A stretch of 64,000 bases of DNA, from the NCBI GenBank assembly GCA_046595895.1, contig JBKJSF010000244.1, forward strand, positions 1,706-65,705. The letters run 5' to 3'. Below the pieces are notes generated by a model. It did no database searches. It was given only the letters and a program-made list of their open reading frames with translations, and was not told where the DNA came from. Shown in pieces: positions 11,900 through 22,331 of the stretch. A program made the translations under genes and the position numbers. Each line of letters starts with the position of its first letter. Position 1 is the first letter of the stretch. The stretch is from Caulobacter sp. (GTDB taxonomy: Bacteria > Pseudomonadota > Alphaproteobacteria > Caulobacterales > Caulobacteraceae).

Positions 11900-11961
11900 G
11901 ATGTCCCTCCGACAGGGACACCTCGCGCAGCCGGAGGCCGGGCGCAACCTGAACCTTCGGG

Positions 11962-12522
11962 TTAGTGGCGGACGTAGGTCGTGCAGATCATTCCGCGGGC
12001 AATGGCGTGCTTGTGCAGCAGGGCGCGGATGGCCGGCCGCCCCGACGCGGCGGTGAAGCCGCTGACGGCGTCGAGGGCATAGATCTGGGCGACGTAATGG
12101 TGCGGGCCATGGCCGGGCGGCGGGTCTGGCGGCAGGTAGCCCGTGCCCAGGAAGCTGTTGACGCCGGTATGGAGATGGTCCGCGTTGCTGACCGCCCCTT
12201 CCTTCATCAGGCCGTCGGCTGGCGGCAGGTCATAGACGATGGCGTGCACCAGCGGCGCCAAGGTCGGGCTGTCGGCATCCTCTATGACCAGCAGCAGAGA
12301 GATCGCTTCGGATGGAACGCCCTTCCAGGCGAACGGCGGCGACAGGCCCTCGCCATCGACCGTGAATCGCTTGGGCAGGTTGGGGGCGTCGAAGGCGGCG
12401 CTCTCCAGGGTCAGAGTCTCGGGCACGGATTCGAGGGCCGGGTCGTGGTAGAGCACCTTCTCCAGGCCCGGCCGCACGCCCTGCAGGACGTGGCCGAGGA
12501 TGGCGGGCAGTTTCTCAAGCAT
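11962..12522 (-). CDS. YbhB/YbcL (PEBP, Raf kinase inhibitor-like) family protein
   Basis: GEGLSPPFAWKGVP...LLLVIEDADSP...PPPGHGPHHYVAQIYALD. ATG 12522 preceded by AGGAGA. Confidence 0.85.
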   Translation of the reverse strand: MLEKLPAILGHVLQGVRPGLEKVLYHDPALESVPETLTLESAAFDAPNLPKRFTVDGEGLSPPFAWKGVPSEAISLLLVIEDADSPTLAPLVHAIVYDLPPADGLMKEGAVSNADHLHTGVNSFLGTGYLPPDPPPGHGPHHYVAQIYALDAVSGFTAASGRPAIRALLHKHAIARGMICTTYVRH

Positions 12523-12565
12523 AGCGGGTCTCCTGCAGCGGAAACCCCTCAGCGGACCGACCGGT

Positions 12566-13888
12566 TCAATCGCGGGGATAGTGGAAGAGCAGGATCTGCG
12601 CCGTCGCGGGCTTGGCCCCGGCCAGCGGCTTGCCGTCGCCGCCATAGCCGGCCCAGCCGCCGCGGCCGATCACCGCCACGCCGCCGCGCATGAGGGCGTC
12701 GATGGGCATGGTCGCGCCGAGGGTCAGGTCCTCCAGGGCCGGGTGGTTGGCGGCGACCACCTGCATGCCCTCGATCTCACGGCAGTCGACGCTGATCCGC
12801 AGCATGATCATCCGGGCCGGCGAGACGCCGTTCTGGGTGGCGATCACCGCCATCGGGTGGGGCGGAGCGTTGCGCATCGGGTACTGGTAATCGGCCCTGA
12901 ACAGCCCGTCGGTTCCGGCCATGGCGACATGCATGCCGCCGACCATCTCCAGCTTGCCGGTCTTGAGGTCCAGACGGTGCAGCCCGGTCGAATAGTCGGC
13001 GATCAGCAGGGCGTTCGCTGCTTCGCAGGCGACCATGCCCTGCGGCGAGCCCAGCTCGTTGCTGGTCAGGACCAGGTCCAGCGCCTTGGCGCCGGGCTTC
13101 AACCGGTAGATGGCCGATCCGACCGAGGCGCTGGCGTAGACCGTGCCGTCCGGGCCAAGGGCGACATCGCCCAGCTGCACGGGACCCGCGGCCCCCTCGA
13201 CCGGGTAGCGGGCCAGGATGGCGCCGGTCCGAGAGTGGATCTTGAGCAGGGCGGTGCGGGTCGGGCCGGCCGAGCCGGGAATCTCTGGCCCCGCCGCCTC
13301 GGCCACCCAGAGCGCGTCTCCGTCGAGCGCCATGCCGAACAGGCCGCCGGTCTCGCCGTCGTCCTTCCGAAGCAGGGTCGCCGCGCCCCGGCGGTCGATC
13401 CTGTAGATGGAGTGTTCAGATACGCTGCTGACCAGCCAATGCTCGCCCGTCCATCCCAGCCCTTCGTAGATCGGCCCCAGCTGCGGCATGTCTGCGACGA
13501 CGATGGGCGTTCCGACCGGGACGGCGTTGGTAGCCAGCCTGGCGGCGACGGGGGCGAAGTCGGGGCGGGCGGTGAGCGGCGCAAGCGCCTTGTCGCCGGC
13601 GACATCCCAGATCAGGCCGAGCTTGGCGTAGGCGTCCAGGTGGGCCACCGCCTCGGCCGGTTTGCCGGCCGCCATCTCGACGCGCGCCAGGCGGATCAGG
13701 GAGCCCGGGCTGTAGGGATAGAGGGCCAGGGCCTGTTCCAGCAGGGTCTCGGCCTTGGCGAGATCGGAGGCCTGCGCCGCCGCGCCGGCTTCCTTGCGCA
13801 GGCGGAAGTACTGTTCGAGCCGGCTCTCCGGCGCGCCGGCCGCCAAGCAGAGGGCGGCGGCCATGGTCAGACTGACGGCGCGGATCAT
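12566..13888 (-). CDS. Hypothetical secreted protein, N-terminal TPR-like helical region plus a probable beta-propeller (SMP-30/NHL-like) body
   Basis: Signal peptide MIRAVSLTMAAALCLAAGA. Repeated G..LA.DG.LWV / GPDGTVY-type blades. Family assignment is by eye only. Confidence 0.55.
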   Translation of the reverse strand: MIRAVSLTMAAALCLAAGAPESRLEQYFRLRKEAGAAAQASDLAKAETLLEQALALYPYSPGSLIRLARVEMAAGKPAEAVAHLDAYAKLGLIWDVAGDKALAPLTARPDFAPVAARLATNAVPVGTPIVVADMPQLGPIYEGLGWTGEHWLVSSVSEHSIYRIDRRGAATLLRKDDGETGGLFGMALDGDALWVAEAAGPEIPGSAGPTRTALLKIHSRTGAILARYPVEGAAGPVQLGDVALGPDGTVYASASVGSAIYRLKPGAKALDLVLTSNELGSPQGMVACEAANALLIADYSTGLHRLDLKTGKLEMVGGMHVAMAGTDGLFRADYQYPMRNAPPHPMAVIATQNGVSPARMIMLRISVDCREIEGMQVVAANHPALEDLTLGATMPIDALMRGGVAVIGRGGWAGYGGDGKPLAGAKPATAQILLFHYPRD

Positions 13889-13957
13889 GAAGGACTCCCC
13901 CTGATTGTTGGAGGCTGCGTCACGGAGCGCCGCTGCGCAAACTAACGATCGGTAATG

Positions 13958-14455
13958 CTACCCGTGCGGGCTCACATACGGGCTGACCAGGCCCAGCGGC
14001 ACGGCGGTGCTGTTCTTCACCCCACGGATGACGATGCGGCTTTCGATGTTCGAGACCAGGCCCAGCGACAGGATCTTTTCGCGCAGGAAGTCGTCGAAGG
14101 CGTGCATGTCGCGGGTGACGATCCGCATCTCGTAGTCGGCGGCCCCGGTCACCGTGGCGCACTGCACCACTTCCGGCCATTTGAGGACGGAGCTTTCGAA
14201 GCGTTCAAGGTTTTCCTTGGTCGGAAGGGAGAGCTTGACGGTGCAGTACACCTCGAAAGCCAGGCCCAGCAGTTCACGGTCGAGGATGGTCACGCGGCGC
14301 TGGATGACGCCGGCGTCCTCCAGCCGTTTGATGCGTCGCCAGCAGGGGCTCGACGACAGGCCGACGCGTTCGGCGATCTCGGCCACCGACAGGCCGGCGT
14401 CGTGCTGGATGAGATCCAGAATCTTTGCGTCAACTGCGTCGAGAGGCTCAGACAA
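13958..14455 (-). CDS. Lrp/AsnC family transcriptional regulator
   Basis: LDAVDAKILDLIQHDAGLSVAEIAERVGLSSSPCWRRIKRLEDAGVI HTH plus a RAM domain. Start is uncertain: TTG 14455 gives 165 aa, ATG 14521 or 14536 are alternatives. Divergent from the IOR gene. Confidence 0.85.
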   Translation of the reverse strand: MSEPLDAVDAKILDLIQHDAGLSVAEIAERVGLSSSPCWRRIKRLEDAGVIQRRVTILDRELLGLAFEVYCTVKLSLPTKENLERFESSVLKWPEVVQCATVTGAADYEMRIVTRDMHAFDDFLREKILSLGLVSNIESRIVIRGVKNSTAVPLGLVSPYVSPHG

Positions 14456-14597
14456 ACTTTGTTCCCCCGGGAAGGCCAAAAACGGCCCCGTTCGTGCCGA
14501 GTCACGCCCTAGTTCGGGCATGGCTTTGGCAAACATTTTCTCCGGACTTGTATGATCTTGCAAGCCGACTGACCCTTCCCGCAGGAAAGATTTTTCA

Positions 14598-17500
14598 ATG
14601 CGCCACTCAGAAGTGACGTTGGACGACAAATATCTTCTAGAAGACGGTCGTGCCTTCGTCACCGGCGTGCAGGCGCTGATCCGCGTCATGCTCGACCGTC
14701 GGCGCCTTGATGTGCGGGATGGACTGAACACCGCGGGCTATGTTTCCGGCTATCGCGGCAGCCCGCTCGGCGGTCTCGACCAGCAGGCGGCGCGGTCGCG
14801 GAAACTGCTCACCGCGCATGAAGTGGTCTTCCAGGAAGGCCTCAATGAGGACCTGGCGGCGACCGCTGTCTGGGGCAGCCAGCAGGCCAATCTGTTCCCC
14901 GGCGCCAAGTTCGATGGCGTCTACGGCCTGTGGTACGGCAAGGCGCCGGGGGTGGATCGCACTGGCGATGTCTTCAAACACGCCAATTTTGCTGGCGTCA
15001 TGCCCAAGGGCGGGGTGCTGGCCATCGCCGGCGACGACCACAACTGCAAATCCTCCACCCTGCCCAGCCAGTCGGAGTTCGCCTTCCAGGACTTCGAGAT
15101 GCCGGTGCTGTCGCCGGCCGACGTGCAGGAGGTCCTGGACTACGGCCTGCTCGGCATTTCGATGTCGCGGTTCAGCGGCCTCTGGGTCGGCATGATCGCG
15201 CTCGCCGACACCATGGACAGCGGCGTCACCATCGACGTCTCGCTGGATCGCCACCACCACGTCATCCCCGAATTTCCCATGCCCCCCGGCGGCCTCCACA
15301 TCCGCACCAAGGACCAGCCGCTGGAGAAGGAGACCCGTCTCCGCAACCACAAAATCCCGGCCGCGCTCGCCTTCGCCCGCGCCAACGGCATCGACAGGGT
15401 GGTGCTGGCCGCCCGTCAGCCGCGCCTCGGCATCGTCTGCCAGGGCCAGGCCTACAAGGATGTGCTCGAAGCCTTCCAGGCGATGAACATCACGCTCGAC
15501 GAAGCGGCGGCGATGGGCATCTCGATCTACAAGGTCGGCATGCCCTGGCCGCTGGAGCCGCAAGGACTGCGCAGCTTCGCCGCCGGCCTCGAGACCCTGA
15601 TGGTCATCGAGCACAAGCGGGCCCTGATCGAGCCCCAGGCCCGCGCCGCCCTCTACGACCTGCCGGCCCACGCCCGGCCGACCATCGTCGGCAAATTCAA
15701 CGAGCAGGGCGACCGGCTGATGGAGGACACCGGCAGCCTGACCGTGGCCGCCATCGCGCTCGACCTCTACAGCCGCCTGCCGGCCGGCCCGGCCCGCGAG
15801 CGCGCCTCGGCCTACCTCGACCGGGTGTCGGCGGCCGGCGTCGCCGCCATCAGCCTGGCATCCGACCAGCAGCGCAAGCCGTTCTTCTGCTCGGGTTGTC
15901 CGCACAACACCTCGACCCGGGTGCCCGACGGCAGCCGGGCCCTGGCCGGCATCGGCTGCCACTACATGGCCGGCTTCAACGACCCCTCGACCGACCTCAA
16001 CACCCACATGGGCGGCGAGGGTCTCACTTGGGTCGGCGCCTCGCCGTTCACCACCGAAAAGCACGTCTTCCAGAACCTCGGCGACGGCACCTACAACCAC
16101 AGCGGCTCGCTGGCGATTCGCGGCGCGATCGCCGCCAAGGCCAACATCACCTACAAGCTGCTGTTCAACGACGCCGTGGCCATGACCGGCGGCCAGAGCG
16201 CCGAGAGCGGCTTCACCCCGGCCCAGATCACCCGCCAACTGGCCGCCGAGGGGGTGACCAAAACGGTCATCGTCGTCGACGAGATCGAGCGCTACGAGGG
16301 GGTTTCCGACCTGGCGCCCAACGTCCAGATCTTCCCGCGCCGGGAGCTCAACAGGGTCCAGGAGGAACTGCGGGAGACGAGCGGCGTCACCGTCCTCCTC
16401 TACGACAAGACCTGCGCCACCGAAAAGCGCCGCCGCCGCAAGCGCGGCCTGATGCCGAAGGCGACCACCCGGGTGTTCATCAACCCGCTGGTCTGCGAAG
16501 GCTGCGGCGACTGTTCGAAGAAGTCCAACTGCGTGTCGATCGAGCCGCTGAACACCGAGTTTGGCCGCAAGCGGGCGATCAACCAGTCGACCTGTAACCA
16601 GGACTACAGCTGCGTCGACGGCTTCTGCCCCAGCTTCATCACCCTCGATGGCGCGGAGAACGCTTCCGCCAAGAAGATGCCGGCCCTGACGGCCGACTCC
16701 ACCCCGCTGCCGGTGTTCGAACCGGTCGAGGGCGTGCGCCGCATCCTGTTCACCGGCATCGGCGGCACCGGCGTCACCACCGTCGCCTCGATCCTGGCCA
16801 TGGCCGCCCACGTCGACGGCCGCGCCGCCAGCGTGGTGGACATGACCGGCCTGGCCCAGAAGGGCGGTTCGGTGTTCAGCCATGTGAAGATCGGCGAGAC
16901 CGAGACCACCATCGTCGGCGGCCGCGTGCCGGCCGCCAGCGCCGATGTGCTGATCGCCTGCGACCTGCTGGTCGCCGCCTCGCCGGAAGCCCTGGCCCTG
17001 TTCTCCAAGCAGAAGACCGTGGCCTTCGGCAACGCCGACTTCTCGCCGACGGCAGACTTCGTCACCAACCGCGACGTCCGCTACGACACCGTCGGCATGG
17101 CCCGGCGCATCAAGGGCGCGACCAGGGACTATCAGGCCTGCCCGTCGCAGGCCCTGTCGCTGCACAAGCTGGGCGACGAAATCTACGCCAACATGATCAT
17201 GCTGGGCTTCGCCTGGCAGAGGGGCGTCATCCCGGTCTCCAGCCGCGCCATGTACCGGGCCATCAAGCTGAACGGCGTCGACGCCGAGGCCAACATGCAG
17301 GCCTTCGAGGTCGGCCGTAAGGCGGCGGTGGACGAGACCTTCAAGGGCCTGCCCGAAGACCAGGTGCCGACCCCGGAGACGATGCCGCTGGACGACCTGA
17401 TCGCCCACCGCACGGCCGAGCTGGTCCAGTACCAGAACCAGGCCTACGCCGACCGCTATGCCAAGCGGGTGGCCCAGGTCCGGGCCGCCGAGATCGCCGT

Positions 17501-18023
17501 CGGCGGGGGTGAGGCCCTGAGCCGGGCCGTCGCCGTCAACCTCTACAAGCTGATGGCCTACAAGGACGAGTACGAGGTCGCCCGCCTCTACACCGACGGC
17601 CGCTTCGCCAAGGAACTGGCCGGAGTGTTCAAGGGCGGCAAGGCCAAGATCTGGATGTCGCCGCCGCTGATCGCGCCCAAGGGCCCGGACGGGAAGCCGG
17701 CGAAGATCGCGCTCGGCGGCTGGATGCTGACCACCGTGCTGCCGATACTGACAAAGATGAAGGGCCTGCGCGGCGGGCCGTTCGACATCTTCGGCAGGAC
17801 CGAGGAGCGGCGCATGGAGCGCGGCCTGATCGCAACCTACGAAGCGGGTCTCGACCGCCTGCTGACCGGCCTGGGCGCCGACCACCTGGCGCTGGCCGCC
17901 CGCATCGCCGCCATCCCGGACAAGATCCGCGGCTACGGCCACATCAAGGAAGCCAGCGTCAAGGTCGCCGAGCGCGAGGAAGCGGCGCTGTGGGCGCAAT
18001 GGGAGCGGAAGGCGGCGGCTTAA
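14598..18023 (+). CDS. Indolepyruvate ferredoxin oxidoreductase family protein (fused alpha/beta 2-oxoacid:ferredoxin oxidoreductase)
   Basis: 1141 aa. N-terminus LDDKYLLEDGRAFVTGVQALIRV...GYRGSPLGG. Cys clusters CSGCPHNT and CEGCGDCSKKSNC. AGGAAAG upstream of the ATG. Confidence 0.9.
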   Translation: MRHSEVTLDDKYLLEDGRAFVTGVQALIRVMLDRRRLDVRDGLNTAGYVSGYRGSPLGGLDQQAARSRKLLTAHEVVFQEGLNEDLAATAVWGSQQANLFPGAKFDGVYGLWYGKAPGVDRTGDVFKHANFAGVMPKGGVLAIAGDDHNCKSSTLPSQSEFAFQDFEMPVLSPADVQEVLDYGLLGISMSRFSGLWVGMIALADTMDSGVTIDVSLDRHHHVIPEFPMPPGGLHIRTKDQPLEKETRLRNHKIPAALAFARANGIDRVVLAARQPRLGIVCQGQAYKDVLEAFQAMNITLDEAAAMGISIYKVGMPWPLEPQGLRSFAAGLETLMVIEHKRALIEPQARAALYDLPAHARPTIVGKFNEQGDRLMEDTGSLTVAAIALDLYSRLPAGPARERASAYLDRVSAAGVAAISLASDQQRKPFFCSGCPHNTSTRVPDGSRALAGIGCHYMAGFNDPSTDLNTHMGGEGLTWVGASPFTTEKHVFQNLGDGTYNHSGSLAIRGAIAAKANITYKLLFNDAVAMTGGQSAESGFTPAQITRQLAAEGVTKTVIVVDEIERYEGVSDLAPNVQIFPRRELNRVQEELRETSGVTVLLYDKTCATEKRRRRKRGLMPKATTRVFINPLVCEGCGDCSKKSNCVSIEPLNTEFGRKRAINQSTCNQDYSCVDGFCPSFITLDGAENASAKKMPALTADSTPLPVFEPVEGVRRILFTGIGGTGVTTVASILAMAAHVDGRAASVVDMTGLAQKGGSVFSHVKIGETETTIVGGRVPAASADVLIACDLLVAASPEALALFSKQKTVAFGNADFSPTADFVTNRDVRYDTVGMARRIKGATRDYQACPSQALSLHKLGDEIYANMIMLGFAWQRGVIPVSSRAMYRAIKLNGVDAEANMQAFEVGRKAAVDETFKGLPEDQVPTPETMPLDDLIAHRTAELVQYQNQAYADRYAKRVAQVRAAEIAVGGGEALSRAVAVNLYKLMAYKDEYEVARLYTDGRFAKELAGVFKGGKAKIWMSPPLIAPKGPDGKPAKIALGGWMLTTVLPILTKMKGLRGGPFDIFGRTEERRMERGLIATYEAGLDRLLTGLGADHLALAARIAAIPDKIRGYGHIKEASVKVAEREEAALWAQWERKAAA

Positions 18024-19360
18024 GCTGCCTTTGGCGTCTTCGCCCTCATGAAGCCGTAGAGCGCCAGGGCCAGGAGGACCATGCCGCCGGCGATGGCCGG
18101 GGCCTGCCAGTTGCCGGTCGTCACCCGGACGACCAGCAGCCCGCCGCAGCTGAGCATGCCGAGCAACGGCACGATGGCCGGCGGTTCGAAGGCCCCGCGG
18201 GGTTCGCCCTTGCGACCTTTCAGGACCAGGTAGGCGGTGTTGACGACCACGAAGACCGTCAGCAGCAGCAGCACCGTCGCCTCGGCCAGTTGGGTGACGC
18301 CGCCCGACAGCACCAGCACGATGAGGATCGCAAGCAATAGGCCGATGGCCACATGGGGCGTGCGGCGCCCAGCGTGGACCTTGGCCAGGGCCGAGGGAAG
18401 GCGGCCGTCCCTGGCCATGCCGAACAGCAGCCGCGAGGCGGTCACGTAGTTGACCAGGGCGCTGTTGGCGACGGCGGCGATGGTGATGACAACGAAGGCC
18501 CAGGCCGGGAACCAGGGTGCGGCCTTTTGCATGACATCGGCCAGCGGGGCCTTGGCCTCGCCCAGCGCCTGCCAGGGGATGACCGAGACGGCGGTGATGG
18601 CCACGCCGATATAGAGGATGGCGGTGATGGTCATGGCCAGGATGATGCCGAGCGGCAGGGTGATCCTCGGGTTCTTGACCTCCTCGGCGACATTCAGGCT
18701 GTCCTCGAAGCCGACGAAGGCGAAGAAGGTCAGGGCCGCGCCCTGCAGCACCAGCAGCGGGGCGAACACCGCGGCGGCGCCGGATGGGGAAGGGGCGAAT
18801 TCCAGCAGGTCGGCCTGGCCCCAGAACCGCGCGCCGACGGCGATGACCAGCACCAGGCCACCGGCCTCGACCAGGGTGCAGATGGTGTTGACCCAGATCG
18901 ATTCCTTGATGCCCCTAAAGACGATGCCGGCCATCAGCAGGATGTAGCCGAGTCCCAGGACGACAGCCGGGAATTCGGCGAGCAGGGGCGCGCGCTGCAG
19001 GTTCTCGGCGATGATCAGCGCCCCGGTGGCGATGGAGGTCAGGCCCGAGAAGGCAGTGGCCATGCCGACCACATGGGTCAGCAGCGGCCGGCCAAAGGCG
19101 TGGTGGGTCATGTAGGCCGCGCCGCCGGCCCGGGGGTAGCGCGATCCGAGGGCGGCGTAGGAGAGGCCGGTGAACAGCGCCGCCACCAGGGCGGCCAGGA
19201 ACGACAGCCAGACCGCCGAGCCGATCTGCCCCGCCGCCTTGCCGACCAAGCCGTAGATGCCGGCCCCCATCATGCTGCCGGCCCCGTAGAGCATCATCTG
19301 CACCGGGCCGATGGCGCGCAGCAGTTGAGGTTGGCCTTCGGTCGCGGGTTCGGCGGTCAT
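18020..19360 (-). CDS. APC family amino acid permease
   Basis: 446 aa, about 12 hydrophobic segments, GAGIYGLVGKAAG motif near the N-terminus. Confidence 0.85.
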   Translation of the reverse strand: MTAEPATEGQPQLLRAIGPVQMMLYGAGSMMGAGIYGLVGKAAGQIGSAVWLSFLAALVAALFTGLSYAALGSRYPRAGGAAYMTHHAFGRPLLTHVVGMATAFSGLTSIATGALIIAENLQRAPLLAEFPAVVLGLGYILLMAGIVFRGIKESIWVNTICTLVEAGGLVLVIAVGARFWGQADLLEFAPSPSGAAAVFAPLLVLQGAALTFFAFVGFEDSLNVAEEVKNPRITLPLGIILAMTITAILYIGVAITAVSVIPWQALGEAKAPLADVMQKAAPWFPAWAFVVITIAAVANSALVNYVTASRLLFGMARDGRLPSALAKVHAGRRTPHVAIGLLLAILIVLVLSGGVTQLAEATVLLLLTVFVVVNTAYLVLKGRKGEPRGAFEPPAIVPLLGMLSCGGLLVVRVTTGNWQAPAIAGGMVLLALALYGFMRAKTPKAA

Positions 19361-19420
19361 CGGCGTCCTTTGCGGTCTTCAAGAGTACGCGCGCCGCCGG
19401 ACGCCGTTCCGTGCCTGAGT

Positions 19421-19879
19421 CTAGCGCGGCAGGTTGGTGTTTGCCCACTGGACAATGGCTTCGGCCGACATCGCTCCGCTGGTGCGGGCGATCTCGCGGC
19501 CCCTGTGGAACAGGATCATCGTCGGGATCGAGCGGATGGTGTAGCGGGTGGCGATGGCCTGATGGGCCTCGGTGTCGAGCTTGCCGAGCCGGATGTTGGG
19601 TTCGAGTTGGCCGGCGGCCTTGGCGAAGGCCGGGGCCATGGCCTGGCAGGGGCCGCACCAGTCGGCCCAGAAGTCGACCAGCAGCGGCAGGTCGGAGGCG
19701 CTGGCGTGGCGGTCAAAGTTGGCGGCGCTGAGCTCGATGGGCTTTCCGGCGAACAGCGGGGCCTTGCAGACGCCGCACTTGGGGCCGGCGGCGAGCCTGG
19801 TCTTTGGCGCGCGGTTGAGGGCCCCATCGACCGGGCAGGCGATGACGAGGCTGTCGGTTGTGGCGGCGGTGTCGGTCAT
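19421..19879 (-). CDS. trxC: Thioredoxin TrxC (thioredoxin 2-like, N-terminal Zn-finger-like extension)
   Basis: WADWCGPCQ active site. N-terminal C-x20-CGVC extension has only 3 Cys (one Cys of the usual first CxxC is missing). ATG 19879 preceded by GGAG. Confidence 0.88.
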   Translation of the reverse strand: MTDTAATTDSLVIACPVDGALNRAPKTRLAAGPKCGVCKAPLFAGKPIELSAANFDRHASASDLPLLVDFWADWCGPCQAMAPAFAKAAGQLEPNIRLGKLDTEAHQAIATRYTIRSIPTMILFHRGREIARTSGAMSAEAIVQWANTNLPR

Positions 19880-19937
19880 CGAAGGCTCCACCGGCGTGAA
19901 CCCGGTGGAGCGCAGATGGTTTCGCGCGGGCTAGGGC

Positions 19938-21218
19938 TCAAGAGACCCGTTCGAAGTCCATGTCCCAATTTACCTCCCAGGTCTTGCCGCCGTCCGGGGA
20001 GAAGGCCTGGCTCCAGTGGGCGGTGGATGGGGTGATCTTCGACCACATGAACCGCACGAGGACGGGTTTGCCCTCGAAGACATCCTCGCCGACGAAGGTC
20101 CCGACGCCGTCCTTGAAGTCGCCGTGCACCGGCGGCTCGATGCTGGGGTAGCGGGCGTCGAGCCACCAGATCGACCAGCGGTTCAGCTTGGCGTCGAACC
20201 GGCGCACCCCGGCGGCGCCATAGGCCCCCGTCCCGATGTTGAGGATGTTGTCGTCGAAATTGCCGAGGCCGCCCATGGTCTTGCGGCACTGGCACCAGCC
20301 CTCGAAGGCCTCCCAGTCGGTTGAGCCGGCCAGCCGGGCCTTCAGCCGGCGGTGCTTGACGCGCCAGGAGCCGATCAGGAAGTCGAAGTCCTTGCGGCCG
20401 TCGGTGGCGGGCGCCGGGCCCTGGATCATCGAGCGGGCGGTGGGGGAGAGGCGCTGGACTTCGATGGGGCCGGTCAGCAGGCCCGCCAGGCCGCGGTAGA
20501 AGGCGCCGCCCGGGCCGGCGGCGAACAGGGCCTCGGCCTGGGCGCTCTCGAAGGCCTGGAACCAGAGGAAGGCGGTGACGTCCTGCCGTATCGGCAGGCG
20601 GGGGTAGCTGTTGGGCCGGTGATCAGTGGCGAAGGCGGCGAGGACCGGAGCGCCGGCGGCGGCAAGGGCCGGGGCGACATCGCGGGCGAAGGCCTGGGCG
20701 AAGGCGGCCTCCTCGCCCTTGCGGATAGGGCACAGAGTGGCGGTGATGACGGCGTTCGAGCGGGCCTCCGAACCGATCGGGGCGCGGCTCAGGCCGGCGA
20801 GGTCGAAGCCGCCGCCGCCCACTTCCATGGGTCCCAGCTGCAGCACATTGTCGGAGTCGACAATGGTGGCGTTGGCGGCGATGCGGTTCGCCTGCCAGAC
20901 GGGGCCCGAGTAGAAGCCGTCGAGGGCGTCGTGGCGGGCTTGCGGGTCCTTGGAGCCGCGCAGCCAGACGAAGCGGTCGGGATTGTCGAGATCGCGGAAG
21001 GTCCCCAGCACGATGGCCCCCAGCGCCTCCTGGGACTCGATGAACCGCTCCTCGAAGAGGTCGATCAGGGCGTCGCGGCGACCGGGCTGCATGACGTACT
21101 GGTGCAGCTCGACGATTCGTTGGTGAGTGGCCGCCTCTCTTGCTTGGGCGGAATGGGCGGGCAGGGCCAGCCCGGCGGCGGCGGCGGCGGCGGCGGTGAG
21201 GATGTCTCGGCGGGTCAT
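19938..21218 (-). CDS. Tat-signal protein with two NIPSNAP-like (Dabb-fold) repeats and a C-terminal DUF1579-like domain
   Basis: MTRRDILTAAAAAAAGLALPAHSAQA twin-arginine signal. ELHQYVMQPGRRDALIDLFEERF...FVWLR pattern. AGGAGG before ATG 21218. Confidence 0.6.
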   Translation of the reverse strand: MTRRDILTAAAAAAAGLALPAHSAQAREAATHQRIVELHQYVMQPGRRDALIDLFEERFIESQEALGAIVLGTFRDLDNPDRFVWLRGSKDPQARHDALDGFYSGPVWQANRIAANATIVDSDNVLQLGPMEVGGGGFDLAGLSRAPIGSEARSNAVITATLCPIRKGEEAAFAQAFARDVAPALAAAGAPVLAAFATDHRPNSYPRLPIRQDVTAFLWFQAFESAQAEALFAAGPGGAFYRGLAGLLTGPIEVQRLSPTARSMIQGPAPATDGRKDFDFLIGSWRVKHRRLKARLAGSTDWEAFEGWCQCRKTMGGLGNFDDNILNIGTGAYGAAGVRRFDAKLNRWSIWWLDARYPSIEPPVHGDFKDGVGTFVGEDVFEGKPVLVRFMWSKITPSTAHWSQAFSPDGGKTWEVNWDMDFERVS

Positions 21219-21304
21219 TGAAGGCCTCCTGGCAAAGCGAGGCGCGAGAAATAGACCCACCTAACTGACATAGCTTGTCAGGATTTATCGGGCATGGTGG
21301 ATAA

Positions 21305-22249
21305 ATGCGTTCGAGCCGTCTCCTCTCCATCCTGATGCTGCTGCAGACACGAGGCCGGATGACCGCCGAGAAGCTGGCGGCCGAGTTCGAGGTGTCGGTC
21401 CGCACCCTCTATCGCGACATCGACGCGCTGAGCGCCGCCGGCGTTCCGGTCTATGCCGACCGGGGGCCAGGCGGAGGCTTCGCCCTGCTCGACGGCTATC
21501 GAACCCGGCTGACCGGTCTCACCGACCAGGAGGCCCACACCCTGATCCTCTCCGGTCTGCCGGGGCCGGCAGCGCAGCTGGGGCTTGGCCAGGCCATGGC
21601 CGACGCCCAGCTGAAGGTCCTGGCCGCCCTGCCGGAGGGCCCCGGGGCGGCGGCCATGCGAGCCCAGGCGCGGATCCATCTCGACCCGCTCGGCTGGTTC
21701 CGCCAGGCCGACGGCGGCGACTGGCTGACAGTGCTGGCCGACGGCCTGTGGCGCGACCGGCGGCTGGCCGTGCGCTATGGCCCGAGGCGGCCGGTCGAGC
21801 TGGCGCTGGAACCCCTCGGCCTCGTGCTCAAGGCCGGCGCCTGGTACCTGATCGCCTGCTCCCGACGTGATGGGGCAAAAGGCGAGATCCGCACCTACCG
21901 GGCCTCGCAGGTTTCCGCGGCGGAGGTCACTGAAGAGCGTTTCGAGCGGCCGGCCGGTTTCGAACTCGCCGCCCACTGGACGCGAGCCCAGGCCGACTAT
22001 GCGCAAAGCCTCAAGCAGGGCGTCGCCCGGCTGAAGGTCAGCCCCGAGGCCGTTTACGCCCTGCGTCGCGACGGGGTGGAGGTAGCGGAGATTGGCGAGG
22101 GAATCATCGAGACCCCCATGGAAAGCCCCGACTGGACGGCCCGGGAGCTGTTGCGGCTGGGGACAGGAGTCGAGGTGCTGGAACCGCCGGCCCTGCGCCG
22201 GCGGATGGGCGAGCTGGCGGCTGAAATCGCGGCTCTGTACGCAAACTGA
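21305..22249 (+). CDS. YafY family transcriptional regulator (HTH plus WYL domain)
   Basis: RLLSILMLLQTRGRMTAEKLAAEFEVSVRTLYRDIDALSAAGVPVYADRGPGGGF. WYL-type region GAWYLIACSR. Confidence 0.85.
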   Translation: MRSSRLLSILMLLQTRGRMTAEKLAAEFEVSVRTLYRDIDALSAAGVPVYADRGPGGGFALLDGYRTRLTGLTDQEAHTLILSGLPGPAAQLGLGQAMADAQLKVLAALPEGPGAAAMRAQARIHLDPLGWFRQADGGDWLTVLADGLWRDRRLAVRYGPRRPVELALEPLGLVLKAGAWYLIACSRRDGAKGEIRTYRASQVSAAEVTEERFERPAGFELAAHWTRAQADYAQSLKQGVARLKVSPEAVYALRRDGVEVAEIGEGIIETPMESPDWTARELLRLGTGVEVLEPPALRRRMGELAAEIAALYAN

Positions 22250-22331
22250 CACAATAGGTGTTGCAATTGGATCCAGGCTTCCTATCTAGGCTCTCGATGG
22301 CGCAAACAACCCGCCGGATGGGAGACAAGAC

